NCBI RefSeq assembly: GCF_964194155.1
Contig: NC_135884.1
Span: forward strand, 57,908,001-57,972,000
Source: Cetorhinus maximus
Taxonomy: Eukaryota
Length of the DNA stretch: 64,000 nt
Direction of reading: 5' to 3'
The notes under the pieces: model-generated
Seen by the model: the letters and a program-made list of their open reading frames with translations, nothing else
The model's database searches: none
Told to the model about the DNA's origin: nothing
Part shown: positions 26,350 through 39,270 of the stretch, one piece after another
Layout of the letters: each line of letters opens with the position of its first letter
Position numbering within the stretch: position 1 is the stretch's first letter
Position numbers and translations under genes: made by a program

Positions 26350-27175
26350 CATAGAAACGGAACTCAGAAAGCCGACCTTTGACCCCTATCCTTGCAAACT
26401 ACCACACTATATCCAAACTCCCTCTCCTCTGCAAAGCCTGCAACATATTACTGCTTCCCAGATCTGTGACCGCTGGTTTGAATCTCACCAATCAGGTATC
26501 TAACCCCACTAAATCACTGAAATGGCCCATATCAATGTCAGTAAAGACAATCTAAGTCACTGTGACTGTGGTAAACAAGCCCTTTTCATCTTTCACAAAC
26601 TCTCTGCAGCCTATGACATGGTATGACCACATGATTTTCTCCAGTGTCACCAATTACATTCTTATCTATCTAGTCAATCCAGAGAATCACTTGCAATGTC
26701 TTGTCTTTTTGCTCATGTACCTTGACATCTAGAATCCCCAAGGATCTATCCCATGGTTCTTATTTTTTGTCTACATGTTGCCCCTTGATATCATTCAACA
26801 ACATGTCAGGTTCTACATGCACACTGCAGATAGGCAGCTCTACCTCGCCACCACCTCTCCTAACCCCTTACACTGTCTCTGATTAGTTACACTGCTGGTC
26901 TCTTGAGCATTCTAAAATTTACTTGCTCCACCACTGGTGGCTGGGCTTTCAACTGCTTGGGCCCCAGCTCTACAATTCCCTCCAAAGCCTCTAACTCTAA
27001 CTCTCTTTCTCCCCTTAAGACACTCCTTAAAACTTGCCTCTTTGGCCCAAGCTTTTGGTCACCTGTTCTAATCTCCTTATGTGGCTTGGTATTAAGTTTT
27101 ATTTGGTAAAGCTCCAATGAAGCACCTGGGATGTTGTAGTATATTAAAGATACTACATAAATGCAACTTGCTGTT
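26350..27175 (+). mobile_element. L2-type LINE fragments with 3' end
   Basis: Sense-strand match to the L2 at 46260-48280; tail aagcacctgggatg...taaatgcaacttgctgtt. Confidence 0.7.
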
Positions 27176-27239
27176 AAATGTTTTTGAAAGGTTAATGCAT
27201 CCCATCATTGTTAAAGTCGACTCAATTACAGCAGAGTCT

Positions 27240-27599
27240 CTTGAACAGTTACTGATGCTGGGGTCCAGTTACAGAAGGTAAGAATAATGATTGAAGCTGG
27301 TGTACAGTTGCAATAGGTATGGACAATGCCTGATGCTGGGGTACAGTTACAATAGATATGAACAGTAATTGATGCTGGGGTACAGTTACAATAGGTATGG
27401 ACAATGATTGATGTTGAGGCACAGTTACAATAGGTATGAACAGTGATTGATGCTGAGGTACAATTACAATAGGTAGGAACAGTGATTGATGCGGGAATAC
27501 AGTTACAATACATGTGGACAGCGACTGATGCTGGGGTACAGTTACAATAGGTATGGACAGTGATTGAGGCTGGAGTACAGTTACGATAGGTATGGACAG
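27240..27599. repeat. 39-bp minisatellite, left arm (~9 units)
   Basis: Consensus ACAGTGATTGATGCTGGGGTACAGTTACAATAGGTATGG. Confidence 0.95.
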
Positions 27600-30500
27600 C
27601 GTAATGACTCACTAGGGATAGTGCACTGTAACATCAAGCCCCATGTTCTCCCGAGCCGTGACAAATGTGAAAAGTTTGACCAAACCACCAGATTGCCCCA
27701 ATTCTACCTAACTGTTTAATTTAGGTTAACAGAATAGGAGCACCAGGTTTGTAAACTTAATAAATAAAAAACTGTTTATTGAACGAACTGTCATTAAACA
27801 GTGGCAAAAGAAAGAAACATGAACTGCTGATCTCTAACTCTATAACCTAAACTCTACCCCTTCTTAAATCCCTTATACGATCTTATACAATCTTCAGCAT
27901 TTCTTATCCCTTTAACTTATTTTAGTATCTTACACCCGGGGCAATATATCCTCGATCACATTATCTTTATTGGCAATGTGAACAATCTTTACATTGAATG
28001 GTTGAAACAATAGATTCCATCTAAACAGTTTTGCATTCGAGTTTTAAACTTTTCAGTGAATGCCAGGATTATGGTCAGTGTAGGTTAGTGTTTCTTTGTT
28101 ATCATGTCGGACATAAACTTCGAAGCGTTAAAGAGACAACAACAATGCTAGAATTTCTTTATCTACTGTAGAGTGCTTCTTCTGATATTGATTTAGTTTC
28201 TTGGAAAAGTACCCCACCAGCTTCTCTATCCCTAATTTATTACCTTGTAATAGGACTGCATCTACCCCCAAGTCATTGCCATTGCCAATTTCAAATGGTC
28301 AATTGCCATTTTAAAAGGTTTGGTAAAGTTAGGGGCGGCCAACACTGGTTCATTTATTAAGATTGCCTTCAGCTTTTCAAAGGCTACTCAGCATTCTGCT
28401 GACCATGCCACTTATCACTATTTTCTTAACAAATTGGTGAGACATACAGCTATTGTACTGAAGTTAGGCACAAATTTCCTATAAAACCTACACATTCCCA
28501 AAAATCTCAGGATTCTCTTTTAGTTTTAGGAATGTGAAATTCTATTAGAGCGTTCACTTTTGCTATTCTTGACAACACTTCCCCTTGTCCTATAATGTGA
28601 CATTGATGTTAATGGCACTTGCCAGCACTCCTTCAATAGATCAATTTTAGAAAGAAATGAGGCACTGCCAACCCTATTGATGCAATCTACTAACCGAGGA
28701 ATTGGGTATGAATTTATCCTCGTTATAGCATTCACTTTCCTGTAGTCTATACAAAATCTAGTGGATCTATTTGGCTTAGGACCAATACAACCTGTGAACT
28801 CCAGCCACTTTGGCTAGGCTCAATCAATTGATTGTCCAGCAGATATTGGATCTCTGTTTCTAACTGAGCTTGTTTCCCTGGGCTCAACTGATAATGATGT
28901 TGTTTTATCTGCACTGAGTCTCCTGTTTGGAACGTTCTAGTTGCAGCATGTTTGTCTGCCCATTCCTTCATTTTGACTTGGGAAATTTTCAAGCACTCTC
29001 ATGCTACTTTACATGCTCCTGTGTGATTTTCTAGAAACATGGACACATAATCCAACATGGAGGATTCATCGTTCTGCTTTAGGAACTTTCCCTTAATCAC
29101 TTTTAATGGACATCTTATTTCATGACCATAGATCAATTCAACTGGGCCAAATCCAGTAGATTCATTTGGAGAATTTCTGGTAGCAAATAGTAAGAAATTT
29201 AATCCTTTGTCCAAATCCTTTGGGCATTCATGGGCAATAGGTCTTAATCATGGTTTTGAGAGTCTGATAGTACCTCTCTAAAGCTCCCTGTGTCTGTGGG
29301 TGATAGGCAGTAGACTTTAGTTGTTTGGCACCCAAATTGCTGATTGTGTCCTGGAAAATTTTAGACATGAAATTAGAACCTTGACAGCTTCTATTTCAAT
29401 TGGTAGGCCATAACAAGTGAAAAACTGAGTTAACTTTTCCACTATCACCTTAGCTGTAATTGTCCTTAAAGAAATAGCTTCGAGAAATTGGGTTGTCGTA
29501 TCCATGATTGTAAGGATATACTGATGCCCTGCTTTCGTTTCGGTAATGGTCCTACACAATCTACTAATGCCCGACTGAATAGTTCTTCAAAAACTGGAAT
29601 GGGTATTAAAGGTGCTGGTTTGATTACATGTTGACATTTACCTACTACCTGACATGTATGACACATTTTACAAAATTGCACAATGTCCTTTTGAAGTGTT
29701 GGCCAGGTAAAATGCCTGTTCATTGATGCTTGCGTTTTCCGTATTCCCACATATCCTGCCATAGAGATTTCATATGCTACTCGCAATATCTCCTTACGAT
29801 ATTTAGGTGGTACCAGTATCTGATGAACAACCATCCATTCCTCATCCATAGGTCTGTGAGGATGTCTCCACTTACTCATCAGAACTCCGATTTTAATGTA
29901 ATAGCACTTCGGAACTCCTTCTGCCTCAGCTTGAGTGTGAGCTGACTGTGCTAACTTGTTTAACTGTGGTCCTGCTTTCTGATCCTCAATTAATGAAGAC
30001 CTGACAAACACTTCTTTGAATTATCCTCATTTTTAAAGTAAGCTTTGGCTACTCCAACGTCTGTTCGTGGTATTACTTTGACCTCTGGTGATGGACTTTG
30101 TTTAGCCATTGCTCTGGAAAAACATTAGGAACTTGATCTTGTAACTGTTCCATCTCTTTAGCCTTCCTTGGACTTTCCGTAATTATGAGCAAAGTTATAA
30201 CCTTCACTCCTGCCAAATCATTCCCCAGGTGTAAATTAACTCCATCCACAGGTAATTTCTTAACCACTCCTACAACCATGATCCAGACAACAAATCACAC
30301 TCCAATTGCATATTGTACAATGGAACCGGAATATACTCTCCACTTATCCCATTTACCAATATTTTAGCTTTCATTGAACTCTCTAGAGGGAAAACTAGAT
30401 CCTTCTCCAGCAAAAGAATTTGAGTAGCTTCTGTGTTCCTTAATATAGTTATGGGTTTAGCTGCATCATTTGATGAAAAAGGGGTTATCTTCCCTTTAGA

Positions 30501-30950
30501 CAAAAACCCTTGATATCTCTCATCTATCTTATTCACTTCACCTGCCTTCACAGCAGTATTTACCTCCAGACCCTTATTTGTAGTTAAAGCTACAATTTGA
30601 TCTGTGGCATTTTCTTTTTGAGTTTCCTTTTCGGACTCACTCTTATGAACTCCAATAAGTCCCATGAGCTTCCCTCGCAACTTCCAGCATTCTGAATGAA
30701 TGTGTCCCACTTTATTACAATGGAAACACTTAGGCCTTCGAGTTTCACCTCCACCATCAGTACCTTCCTTCCTGATCTGGGGAGGAGATCTCAACATATT
30801 CCCAGCTATCCACTCTTTACCCTGGCTACTTGCCTTCCATTCACTCTCTCGCTTTCTATCTTTTTCAAATTTATGGATGTGATGGAAAAAGGGTTTAGTT
30901 TTATGGATCAGCTCATAATCATCAGCCATTAGTCCTGCCTGTCTAGCAGT

Positions 30951-31375
30951 TAGAAACATAGAAACATAGAAACCAGGAGAAGGAGTAGGCCATTCGGCCC
31001 TTCGAGCCTGCTCCGCCATTCATTATGATCATGGCTGATCATCCAACTCGATAGCCTGCTCCCGCTTTCTCCCCATACTCTTTGATCCCTTTTACCCCAA
31101 GAGCTATATCTAACTCCTTCTTGAAAACATACAATGTTTTGGTCTCAACTGCTTTCTGTGGTAACGAATTCCACAGGCTCACCACTCTCTGAGTGAAAAA
31201 ATTTCTCCTTATCTCAGTCCTAAATTGTCTACCCCATATCCTCAGACTGTGACTCCTGGTTCTGGACTCCCCCACCATCGGGAATATCCTTCCTGCATCT
31301 ACCCTGTCTAGTCCTGTTAGAAATTTATAGGTTTCTATGAGATCCCCCCTCATTCTTCTGAACTCCAGCGAATAT
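30951..31375 (-). mobile_element. CR1 3' fragment inserted into gag of Gmr1-like copy 2
   Basis: (AGAAACAT)n tail; LYSLEFRRMRGDLIETYK...RRNFFTQRVV; absent from the equivalent site in copy 1 (~12000). Confidence 0.92.
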
Positions 31376-32480
31376 AACCCTTTGGTCTTCAACATGGGTT
31401 CTTATTACAGGAGGTAGGAAGTTTTTTAATTCTTCCAAGAAAATGGTCTCTATGAGAGCTTTATAGGTAGTTTCAACTCCTAATGTTAGTGTACACCTGT
31501 TAAAACTACTTTGCTTAATCCTTTCAAATTCAATGTAAGTTTGTCCAGGCTGTTTCCTTAAATTTCAAAACTTTTGTCTGTATGCTTCAGAAACCAACTC
31601 ATATACACTCAAAATGGCCTTTTCCACCACGTCATAATCCCTAGAAACCTCCTCTGACAGTGAGGCATAAATTTCCTGTGCTCTACCTGTCAATTTGCTC
31701 TGCATGGGCGATGTCCAGTTTTCCTTTGGCCAGTTCATCTATTTAGCTATCTTCTCAAATGAAATAAAGAATGCTTCAACATCCCTTTCCTCAAATTTTG
31801 GAAGAGCTCGTACAAATTTAAACCTCTCCCCACTGGGTTCTAATATGGTAATACGTCCTGCCTCACCTACTGATGTCTCTTTTTTAATTGTCAGCATTTT
31901 AAACTGAAATTCTCTTCTTTTTCTCTTTCCTCCTTTTCTATCTTCACCATTTCTAATTCCCTCTGGAGATCAAATTTTCATAATTCCATTTCTCTTTCCT
32001 TTTCTTTTTCTAATTCCATTTTTTGTTTTCTTTCTCTCTCCTGCCTTTCTGCCTGCTGCTTTTGGAATGCCCTTTCTCTTTCCTTTTCTTTTTCTTCTGC
32101 CTCTAGTCCTAATTTTTTTATTAGCAGCTGAATTTGAGCGCATTCCAATGAACCACACGTTGGAGAACTCAGTCTCTCGGGTATTCCTTCTAGGTTTAAA
32201 TGCTGTGCCATCTCTTCGATTATCTTTGCCTTCTTAGCTTTGGCAGGCAATCCTACTCTTAATTTGCTTGCCAATTCAATTAACCTGGCTTTTGGGATCC
32301 CTTGTAAAATTGTCAGGGACATCCCTTCCACTTGCAGGAAAGCTTTAGCAGTTTCCGGTGCCATCTTATTTTTGGTAGTACAAACCTGGTGTTCCCCTTT
32401 AGCTTTTATTACTTACTAAATCTACATCCAAATTGTCATTGTCTTTTGTTCCAAAATATCTCAGTTGAGCCCCCAAAGTT

Positions 32481-33425
32481 TGACACGATTCACTGGGGAT
32501 AGTGCGCTTTAAAATCAAGCCCCACTGTTCCTTGAGCTGCGACAAATGTGAAAAAGTTTGATCAAACCACCAGATTGCCCCAAATCTACCTAAATGTTTA
32601 ATTTCGATTCACAGAATATGAGCACCAGGTTTGTAAACTTAATAAATAAGTAACTGTTTATTGAACAAACTGTCGTTAACCAGTGGCAAAAGAAAAATGA
32701 ACTGCTAATTTATAACTCTATAACCTAAACTATACCCCTTCTTAAATCCCTATGTACACACATACAAGACAGATAAGACACACAAAAATATGGATTTTAA
32801 GGGTGGGATAAAACATTTCTTTAGCACAAATTCCTAAAGTACAGGATTCAATGGGTTGATTTTGACTGATGTCTTCAAAATTCCTTTCAGTTCTTGTTGA
32901 TGACATGAGCTGGTCTTCCAACACTTTCAGTATTTCGTTCACTGGTTGAACACTTGCCTTTCAATGTCTCTAACAGCAATTTTTATCTTTGCCTCTCGAC
33001 AGGGGTTTTCAGAGAGAAAGCAGGTTATGGAGGTATGAGAAGAAAAAAAAAACAACTAGCTATTACTGTAGGATTATTGGAATCTTACACACACAAAAGA
33101 GAGAGGTTTTAGGTCTTTTTTCCTTTCAGGCTAAGAGCTATTCTGCTGCATTGCTCTCACACAAAACCTGCTCACCTGGTCAGGAGCCAATTAAAACGTT
33201 GTTGCCAGGCAGCTCCCTTGGTCCAGGACTCCTTGCCGGCACTATCTTGTCTTTCATGGCACACTCTGTTCCAGGACTGAAACATTGTATATATCTCTCA
33301 TTCTTTTCCAGTGGATTTGTCTTTAAAACTGCTGCCAATGTAATATTAATCCACAGTCCAACAGAAAACAAAAAGGTATGTTCTTTACAACAGTCCAACA
33401 TAAATAAAAATATATGTTCCTTACA
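32481..33425 (-). repeat. 5' LTR of Gmr1-like copy 2
   Basis: tgacac...ccttaca; homologous to 13059-13943 and to 27600-27875. Confidence 0.88.
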
Positions 33426-36400
33426 ACAGTGACTGATGCTGGAATAAAGTTACAATACATATGAATGGTGGCTGATGCTGGGGTACAAGTTGCAATAGGT
33501 GGGAAAGGTGATTGTTGCTGGGGTACAGTTATAATACATATGGACAGTGATTGATGTTGAGGTACAGCTACAAAAGCTATGAACAATGATTGATGCTGGA
33601 GTGCAGGTACAATATGTATGGACAGTGATTGATGCTGTGTTCCAAGAGATATGAAAAGTGAGTGATGATGGACTGCAGTTAGGGTAGACATGGACAGTGA
33701 TTGATGCTGGGGTACAGTTACAATAGGTATGGACAGTGATTGATGTGGCAGCACAGTTACAATATGTATGAACGGTGACTGATGCTGGGGTGCCGTTACA
33801 ATAGGTATGGACAGCGCCTGACGCTGTGGTACAGTTACAATAGGTATGGACAGTGCCTGATGCTGGAGTACAGTTAAAATGGGTATGGACAGTGCCTGGC
33901 CTGGTATACGGTTACAATAGGTAGGAACAGTGATTGATGCTGGGCTACAGTTGCAATAGGTATGGACAGTGATTGATGTCACAGTAAAGTTATGATACAT
34001 ATGGACAGTGATTGATGCTAGGGCACAGTTACAATATGTATAGACATTGATTGATGGTGAGGTACAGTTACAATAGCTATGAACAATGATTGATGCTGGA
34101 GTGCAGGTACAATAGGTATGGACAATGATTGATGCTAGGGTACAGTTCTAATTGGTATGAAAAGTGAGTGATGCTGGGGTGCAGTTACAACATGTATGGG
34201 CAGTGTTTGATGCTGGGGCACAGTTACAATATGTATGGACAGTGATTGGCGTTGAGGTACAGTTACAATAGCTACAAAACATGATTGATGCTGGAGTGCA
34301 GGTTCAATATGTATGGACAGTGATTGATGTTGAGGTACAACTACAATAGATATGAAGAATGATTGATGCTGGAGTGCAGTTCCAATAGGTATGGACGGTG
34401 ATTAATGCTGGGATTCAGTTACAATATGTATGGACAGTGCCTTACGTGGGGTACGGTTACAATAGGTAGGAACAGTGATTGATGCAGGGGTACAGTTACA
34501 ATACATATGGACGGTGATTGATGCTGGTGAACAGTTCCAATAGGTATGGACAGTGATTGATGCTGGGCTACATGTTCAATATGTATAGGCAGTGATTGAT
34601 GCTGGGGTACAGTTACAACATGTATGGACAATGATTGATGTTGAAGTACAGTTACAATAGATACAAACAATGATTGATGCTGGAGTGCAGGTACAATAGG
34701 TATGTAAAATGATTGATGCTGCAGTACAGTTCCAATAGGTATGAAAAGTGACTGATGCTGGGCTGCAAATAGAATAGGTACCGACAGCGATTGAAGCTGG
34801 AGTACTGTTAAAATAGGTATGAATGAAGACTAATGCTGGGGAACTGTTACAATAGGTATGGACAGTGCCTGATGCTGCGGTACAGTTACAATAGGTATGG
34901 ACAGTGCCTGGCCTGTTGTACGGTTACAATAGTTAGGAACGGTGATTGATGTTGGGGAACAGTTACAATACATATGGACGGTGATTGCTGCTGGTGTACA
35001 GTTACAATAGGTATGGACAGCACCTGATGCTGGAGTACAGTTACAATAGGTATGGACAGTGATTGATGCTGCAGTACAGTTCCAATAGGTGTTAAAAGTG
35101 AGTGATGCTGGGGTGCAGTTAGGATAGGCATGGACAGTGATTGATGCTGGGGTACAGTTACAATAGGTATGGACAGTGATTGATGTCGCAGTAGAGTTAC
35201 AATACTTATGAACGGTGACTGATGCTGGGGTGCCGTAACATTAGGTATGGACAGTGCAAGATGCTGGAGTACAGTTACAATAGGTACGGACAATGCCTGG
35301 CCTGGGATACGGTTACAATAGGTAGGAACAGTGATTGATGCTGCGGTACAGTTATAATAGGTATGGACAGTGATTGATGCTGGGCTACAGTTACAATAGG
35401 TATGGACAATGATTGATGTTGCAGTACAGTTACAATACGTATGAACAGTGACTGATGCTGGGAAACAGTTGTAATACGTATGGACCGTGATTGCTGTTGC
35501 AGTATAGTTACAATACATATGGACAGTGGTTGATGCTGGTGTACAGTTACAATACGTATGTATCGTGATTGATGCTGTTGTACAGTTACAATAAGTATGG
35601 ACAGTGATTGATGCTGGGGTACAGTTACAATATGCATGGACAGTGATTAATGCTGGAGTGCAGGTACAATATGTATGGACAGTGATTGATGTTGAGGTAC
35701 AACTACAATAGATATGAAGAATGATTGATGGTGGAGTGCAGTTCCAATAGGTTTGGACAGTGATTAATGCTGGAGTTCAGTTACAATAGGTATGGACAGT
35801 GCCTGACGTGGGGTATTGTTACAATATGTAGGAACAGTGATTGATGCAGGGATACAGTTACAATACACGTGGATGGTGATTGATGCTGGTGTGCAATTAC
35901 AATAGGTATGGACAGTGCCTGATGCTGGAGTACAGCTACAATAGGTATGGACAATGATTGATGCTGCGGTACAGTTCCAATAGGTGTGAAAAGTGAGTGA
36001 TGCTGGGGTGCAGTTACAATAGTCATGGACAGTGATTGATGCTGGAGTACAGTTACAATAGCTATGAACAATGATTGATGCTGGAGTGCAGTTAGAATAG
36101 GTATGGTCAGTGATTGATGCTGGGGTACTGTTAAAAAAGGTATGAACGAAGACTGACACTGGGGGACTGTTACAATAGGTAGGAACAGTGATTGATGCAG
36201 GGGTACAGTTACAGTACATATGGACGGTGATTGCTGCTGGTGTACAGTTCCAATAGGTTATGGACAGTGATTGATGCTGGGCTACATGTTCAATATTTAT
36301 GGACAGTGATTGATACTGTTGTACAGTTACAACATGTATGGACAATGATTGACGTTGAGGTACAGTTACAATAGCTACGAACAATGATTGATGCTGGAGT

Positions 36401-38565
36401 GCAGGTACAATATGTATGAACAGTGATTGATGTTGAGATACAGCTACAATAGATATGAAGAATGATTAATGCTGGAGTGCAGTTCCAATAGGTATGGACA
36501 GTGATTAATGCTGGGGTTCAGTTACAATAGGTATGGACAGTGCCTTACGTGGGGTACGGTTACAGTAGGAACAGTGATTGATGCAGGGGTCCAGTAACAA
36601 TACATATGGATGGTGATTGATGCTGGTGTGCAATTACAATAGGTATGGACAGTGCTTCGTGCTGGAGTACAGTTACAATAGGTATGGACAATGATGAGTG
36701 CTGTGGTATAGTTCCAATAGGTGTGAAAAGTGAGTGATGCTGGGGTGCAGTTACAATAGTCATGGACAGTGATTGATGCTGGGGTACAGTTACAATAGGC
36801 ATGGACAGTGATTGATGACGCAGTACAGTTACAATACCTATGAACGGTGACTGATGCTGGGGTACTGTTACATTAGGTATGGACATTTCCTGATGCTGGA
36901 TTACAGTTAGAATAGGTACAGACAGTGCCTGACCTGGGGTACGGTTACAATAGGTAGGAACAGTTCTTAATGCTGCCATACAGTTATAATAGGTATGGAC
37001 AGTGATGGATGCTGGGCTACAATTACAGTAGGAATGGACAGTGATTGGTGTCGCAGTGCAGTTACAATACATATGAACGGTGACTGATGCTGGGTCACAG
37101 TTGTAATACGTATGGACCGTGATTGATGCTGTGGTACAGCTACAATATGTATGGACAGTGATTGATGCTGGGGTACAGTTATAATATATATGGACGGTGA
37201 TTGATGGTGCGGTACAGTTACAATAGCTATGAACAATGATTGATGCTGGAATGCAGGTATAATAGGTATGGACAATGATTGATGCTGAGGTACAGTTTCA
37301 ATCGGTATGAAAAGTGAGTGATGCTGGGGTAGAGTTAGAATTGGAATGACAGCGATTGATGCTGGTGTACTGTTAAAATTGTTATGAACGAAGACTGACG
37401 CTGGGGTACCATTACAATAGGTATGGACAGCGCCTGATGCTGCGGTACAGTTGCAATGGGAATGGACAGGGCCTGGTGTACGGTTACAATAGGTAGGAAC
37501 AGTGATTGATGTTGCAGTAGAGTTACAATACGTATGAACGGTGACTGATGCTGGGTTACAGTTGTAATACGTATGGACTGTGATCGATGCTGGGGACACT
37601 TACAATACATATGGACAGTGATTGATGTGGTAAACTTACAATTGGTATGGACAGTGATTGATGTTGAGGTACAGTTATGATAGGTATGGACAGTGATTGA
37701 TGCTGGGATACAGTTACAATATGTATGAATGGTGACTGATGCTGGAGTACAGTTACAAATCTATGGACTGTGATTGATGTTGTGGTAAACTTACAATAGG
37801 AATGGACAGTGACTGATGTTCGAGTGCAATTTCAGTAGGTTTGGACAGTGATTGATGTTGAGGTACAGTTATAGAAATAATGAACAGTGATTGATGCTGT
37901 GGTATGTGTAGAATACTTATGAACGGTGACTGATGCTGGGGTACTGTTACAATAGGTAGGAACAGTGATTGATGCTGGGATACAGTTACAATAGGTATGG
38001 ACACGTGATTGAAGTTGACGGTACAGTTACAATTGGTATGAACAATGATTAATGCTGGTGTGCAGTTACAATAACTATCAATATTGACTGTTGCTGGGGT
38101 ACAGTTACAATATGTAGGAGCTGTGATTGATGCTGGAGTACCAGTACAATAAATATGGACAGAGCCTGACACTGGGGTACAGTTACAATAGGTATGGACA
38201 GTGACTGATGCTGAGGTACAGTTACAATAGGTATGTACAATGATTGACACTGGGGTACAGTTGTGATAGGTATGGACAGTGAATGATGCTTGGGTACAGT
38301 TACAATAGGTGTTGATAGTGATTGATTTTGAGGTACAGTTTCAATTGGTATGGATAGTGACTGATGCAGGAGTACAGTTACAACATGTATGAATGGTGAC
38401 TGGCACAGGAGAGCATTTGCCATAGGTATGGACAGTGACTGATGCTGGAGTACAGTTACAATAGGTATGGATAATGATTGATGCTGGGGTACAGTTACAA
38501 TAAGTATAGACTTTGGCTGATGCTGGGGCTCAATAGTCATAGGTCTGGACAGTAATTGATACTGT
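33426..38565. repeat. 39-bp minisatellite, main array (~130 diverged units)
   Basis: Continuous tandem units with recurring variant units; produces spurious 13-aa repeat ORFs on the minus strand. Confidence 0.97.
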
Positions 38566-39270
38566 GTTGGAACTATGAAATATTTTCCAACGTCTTCACA
38601 AGAGAAATGTGTGAGGTTACGTGGCTATCAAGGATTACAAGATACTTATGGCAATTTCACTCAAAGCATTTCATCCATCCAAAAAGATCATAAAGTCCTC
38701 CATTTCACAGTTTAATTATTTCCTAAATATTCCAGGGTTTTCAGCTTCACCATTCGACTCCATATATATTCCACATGCTGATCACTCCCTGTTATATTAA
38801 TTTCCCGATTTTCAATCCTCATTTTACCTTTACTGGTCTAAACCTGTGTCCCCTTGTCCCACACTCACACTTTAATTTAAAATAATTTGCCAATCCCTTG
38901 TGGGATTATACACAGAAAGTCGAGGGAGGCATTAGACAAAGCAAAGTTAGAATCCGGGGATAATTGGATCACAGTGAGCAGATATAATTTAGCCTCCATT
39001 TTTAAATCATCTTTATTTTTATAATTTCATTATAATTTCCTATGCCCATATTTATAACAATGTAAACTTGGCATGTTATAATTACAGCTGTGGCAGCTTC
39101 TCTGCGATCAGGGTTTAATTACTACATAAATTTATACAAATAGTTCTGTTATGAATGTAGGAATAGGAATTTATAATGGAAATAGTTGACAGAAAACATA
39201 CACAAAGGTAAGTTTTTAAAAAATATATTAATGTTATGTAGAATCATTGAATCATAGCACAGAAGGAGGC

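Larger units (their letters stand above)
27600..33425 (-). mobile_element. Gmr1-like Ty3/Gypsy LTR retrotransposon, copy 2 (gag-PR-INT-RT-RH, decayed)
   Basis: 5' LTR 32481-33425; PBS tgggggctc; gag from 32364; CCHC knuckle; protease ~30430; integrase 29000-30011 (CKMCHTC, VDCVGPLPK); RT 28600-28915 (YPIPR, SKIDLLKECWQVPL); RNase H ~27950-28500; partial 3' LTR 27600-27875; 4-bp TSD ACAG. Confidence 0.93.

Noticed and set aside
27226-27612. Cys-rich metallothionein- or antifreeze-like CDS
   Set aside because: Translation of the minisatellite; the start codon lies in the LTR end.
30270-31019. 249-aa intact gene
   Set aside because: Chimera of a CR1 3' UTR and gag/protease created by a nested insertion.
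33426-38565. CRISPR array
   Set aside because: Units are contiguous with no unique spacers, there are no cas genes, and the context is vertebrate.
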